A stretch of DNA of 32,000 nt from Thermoproteus tenax Kra 1 (GTDB lineage Archaea > Thermoproteota > Thermoprotei > Thermoproteales > Thermoproteaceae). Below, one piece after another: positions 29,291 through 32,000 of this stretch (positions are counted from its first letter, which is position 1; the number at the start of each line of letters is the position of its first letter). A program made the position numbers and the translations under genes. The DNA lies in NCBI RefSeq assembly GCF_000253055.1, contig NC_016070.1:1680001-1712000 (forward strand), written 5' to 3'. The notes under the pieces were generated by a model, which was given only the letters and a program-made list of their open reading frames with translations, did no database searches and was not told the DNA's origin.

Positions 29291-30577
29291 ATGTGCGGTA
29301 TCGGCGCTGTGTGGGATCGTAATGTGGGGATCAGAGCCAGAGAGATGTCCGTGTGGCTAATGCACAGAGGGGAGGAGGGAGTCAGATACGCCTTCCTTAG
29401 GAACGGCGAGATAGCCGTCGGCGATAGTGTGCCCGAGGATGCTGAAGCTGCGCTAGTCCACGCGCGGTACAGCACCACCGGGCCCTATGGGGTTCAGCTA
29501 CAGCCGGTGCTGGCGCGCTATAGAGATCTGGAGGTGGCGGTCGCCTTCAACGGGACTGTGGCGAACTACCGACAGATAGCGCCCCGGGCTAAGACCGACT
29601 CCGAGGCCTATGCCCAGAAACTCGCCGAAGCCCTCTGGGAGCATGGGCTGGAGGAGGGCCTCAGAGAGCTCTACTCCAAGATAGTAGGCGCAGCCTCATC
29701 AGTCTTCATCACTGCCGAGCTCGTGGTCGGTTTTAGGGATCCGCGGGGCGTGAGACCGCTCAGCTTCTCTGATGACGCGGCCGCCTCGGAGACCATAGCG
29801 TTGGGCGGGCGCGGCATCGATCTAAGGCCGGGCCACGCCGTCGTATGGTCGAGGGGCTCGGCTAGAGTGGTCGAGGTTATGAGTCTTAAGGAGAGGCTGT
29901 GCTCTCTGGAGTTCGTCTACTTCGCCCACCCGGGCTCGCGCATACAGGGGAGACTTGTGGCTGATGTCAGGAGGGAGCTCGGCCGGAGGCTCGCCGAGGG
30001 CGAGGACGCAGATATAGAGGTTGTGGCCTATGTGCCAGAGACGGCGAGACATGCAGCGGCTGGATACGCAGAGGGCTTAGGCAGACCTTTAGTCGACGCA
30101 GTCCTCAAGAACAGATATTCGGGCCGCATATTCATAAAACCCCCCTATATGAGGAACGCATCGCCCAGCTTCAGAGTCGTTGAGGATTACGTCAAAGGGC
30201 GGAGAGTAGCCCTGGTGGACGACTCGCTGATAAGGGGAACCAACCTTAGGGATATAGTCGTCAAGCTCAAGGCTGCAGGCGCCCGGGAGGTCCACGTTAG
30301 AATAGCGTCTCCGCCTGTTAAGTGGCCGTGTTTCTTCGGGATGGACTTCCAGAGCAGGTCTGAACTTATGGCCAACGGAAGAGGCCTTGCAGAGATAGCA
30401 AGACTGTTGAGGGCGGACTCTCTACGGTACCTCTCCCTCGAGCAGTTCAAGGTCGTCATAGGCGAGAGGGCGTGCTACGGCTGTTTCACTGGCCGATATC
30501 CACAGAGGATTAAGGTTGCCCAGCTCGAGAGGGAGATAGCTACATCAAGGGAGAAAGCACTTGGCGCAGAGCCTTAG
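29291..30577 (+). CDS. purF: Amidophosphoribosyltransferase with intact N-terminal Cys
   Basis: 428 aa. MCGIGAVWD Ntn glutaminase start, ALVHARYSTTG, PRTase motif VALVDDSLIRGTNLRDIV. Confidence 0.9.
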   Translation: MCGIGAVWDRNVGIRAREMSVWLMHRGEEGVRYAFLRNGEIAVGDSVPEDAEAALVHARYSTTGPYGVQLQPVLARYRDLEVAVAFNGTVANYRQIAPRAKTDSEAYAQKLAEALWEHGLEEGLRELYSKIVGAASSVFITAELVVGFRDPRGVRPLSFSDDAAASETIALGGRGIDLRPGHAVVWSRGSARVVEVMSLKERLCSLEFVYFAHPGSRIQGRLVADVRRELGRRLAEGEDADIEVVAYVPETARHAAAGYAEGLGRPLVDAVLKNRYSGRIFIKPPYMRNASPSFRVVEDYVKGRRVALVDDSLIRGTNLRDIVVKLKAAGAREVHVRIASPPVKWPCFFGMDFQSRSELMANGRGLAEIARLLRADSLRYLSLEQFKVVIGERACYGCFTGRYPQRIKVAQLEREIATSREKALGAEP

Positions 30578-31660
30578 CCCTCTGGCCTCGGCAACTTTGA
30601 GCAAATCATTGACACTAGGCCACTTAAGCCCGTCAGCCTCAAGGGCCATGCGCGCCTCCTCCTCGGTGAGCACGTTCGCCATCATGGCCTCGCGCTCAGG
30701 CATCTTGACTCCATACGGGCACTTGCTCCTCAATGGCGGAGAGGCCACGGCTATTGAGATCTCCCGGGCGCCGGCCTTGCGCCTCAACACTTGAACTACG
30801 GCCTTGAGAGTGAGGCCCGAGATCACGCTGTCGTCCACCAATAACACCCTCTTGCCCCTCACTAGGTGCTCCACAGGGTTCGCCTTGAGTTGCACCACGG
30901 AGAGTCTCGCCCTCATATCGTCCAATAGGGCGCTCCTGCCCCTTGTGGTCTGAACAAACGCGGGAACATACGGCCTCCCTGCCTTGGTCGCCAACAAGGC
31001 CGCGTAGTAGGCCCCTGTCTCTGGCACGCCTACGATGACATCGGCATCAACTGGAGCGAGCAAGGAGGCCAATGCCTCTCTAAGCTCGGCGATAGGCACG
31101 CCGTCGACCTTGCTGTCGAACCTCATCGAGTATATGGCCTCAAGCGCGCACAAGCGCCCTCCGCCTCCTCCGGTGCTCTCGACGCCGTACTGCGTAATTT
31201 TAACGAGCTCGCCCACTTTGAGGCTCCGCCTCAAGTCGCCGCCCAACACATCTATAGTTGCGGTCTCAGTGGCTGCCAGAGCGAGGTCGAAGCCGTAGGC
31301 GCCCAGAGCCAGATGCCATAGATCAGATCTATACAGATACATCTCGCCGCGGTCTGTGAGGGCCACGTAGGTCGTGCTCTCTGGCCGCCCGCCCGGTCTC
31401 ACGTCTTCGTTGCCCATCTTGCACAGTACATAGTCCGGCCCCTCAGTGCAACAGTTTTGCGCCCATACGCAGCCGATAGCCGCGTTGCCCCACAAGCCCA
31501 CCGATCTGCCCGGATCTACCTCTTGTACGCCCTCCTTGTTATAGACATACGCCCTTCTGACATGCCCTCTGTTGCGCATGGACAATATGCCGTAGTGTAC
31601 GTAGGGCCCCAACTCCGTCTCTGGGCCAAAGGCGTATACAGCCAGGAGGCCTGCGCTCAT
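30545..31660 (-). CDS. PurF-like paralog with degenerate glutaminase start and altered PRPP loop
   Basis: Listed ORF 30545..31672; start at 31660 (MSAGLLAVYAFG) is favoured by the ATGA overlap with the purQ stop. VLLVDDSVISGLTLKAVV; IGVPETG-like IVGVPETGAYYAALLATKAGRPYVPAF. Confidence 0.8.
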   Translation of the reverse strand: MSAGLLAVYAFGPETELGPYVHYGILSMRNRGHVRRAYVYNKEGVQEVDPGRSVGLWGNAAIGCVWAQNCCTEGPDYVLCKMGNEDVRPGGRPESTTYVALTDRGEMYLYRSDLWHLALGAYGFDLALAATETATIDVLGGDLRRSLKVGELVKITQYGVESTGGGGGRLCALEAIYSMRFDSKVDGVPIAELREALASLLAPVDADVIVGVPETGAYYAALLATKAGRPYVPAFVQTTRGRSALLDDMRARLSVVQLKANPVEHLVRGKRVLLVDDSVISGLTLKAVVQVLRRKAGAREISIAVASPPLRSKCPYGVKMPEREAMMANVLTEEEARMALEADGLKWPSVNDLLKVAEARGLRLCAKCFLP

Positions 31661-32000
31661 GTCCTCAGCCAAAGCTTTAAACTGAGCCAGACTCTAGCCC
31701 CATCTCCGCTCGATACATGGCGATCCACCGCTCTCTCTGGATGCGGCATCATGCCCACGACGTTGCCTGAGGATATGCCGGCTATTAGGTCCATGGAACC
31801 GTTTATATCCTCCACATACTTGACCACAGCCCGAGGCCTTTCCTCATAGACGTAGCGGCCTTCCCCGTGCGCGACCGGCAACCTTATCGTCTCGCCCTCC
31901 TCGTAGAGCAGAGTAAATGGAGTCTTTACGTCTACTACGCGCACTAAGACGTCTCTTGATACGAATCTGGGGGGATCGTTGGGCAATAAGGCTCCGGGCA
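31657..32000 (-). CDS. purQ: Phosphoribosylformylglycinamidine synthase glutaminase subunit, C-terminal part (truncated by window edge)
   Basis: Frame is open to the window edge: PGALLPNDPPRFVSRDVLVRV...PVAHGEGRYVYEE...GISSGNVVGMMPHPERAVD. Confidence 0.85.
   Translation of the reverse strand, partial: PGALLPNDPPRFVSRDVLVRVVDVKTPFTLLYEEGETIRLPVAHGEGRYVYEERPRAVVKYVEDINGSMDLIAGISSGNVVGMMPHPERAVDRHVSSGDGARVWLSLKLWLRT

Overview
The window looks like a chromosomal segment of a hyperthermophilic crenarchaeon, probably Thermoproteales and Thermoproteus/Pyrobaculum-like. That assignment is inferred from gene content, the 16S text and tRNA introns; no database search was possible. It carries a 16S-23S rRNA operon with no spacer tRNA and no linked 5S, and a tRNA-Thr(UGU) with two short introns. 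The rest is mostly housekeeping genes: SmAP, split archaeosine TGT, an MBF1-HflX-TFE-PAC2 gene row, Sir2, a Lon-like S16 protease, a sedolisin, a VUT/YhhQ-type transporter, a four-gene futalosine menaquinone cluster (mqnD/A/E/C), dihydroorotase, MFS, VWA, A/V-ATPase subunit I, two PurF paralogs and partial PurQ. The points most worth a second look are: (1) the doubly interrupted tRNA with well-formed BHB motifs; (2) a GC-rich structured intergenic block at about 5760-5945, possibly an unannotated ncRNA; (3) an MNT/HepT-like pair next to the rRNA operon that needs one frameshift in each gene and has RX4Y where the HEPN motif RX4H is expected; (4) a PurF paralog lacking the N-terminal catalytic Cys; (5) A+T-rich islands inside otherwise GC-rich conserved genes; (6) very short divergent promoters (30-40 bp). 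I found no CRISPR array, transposase or clear novel defence system.
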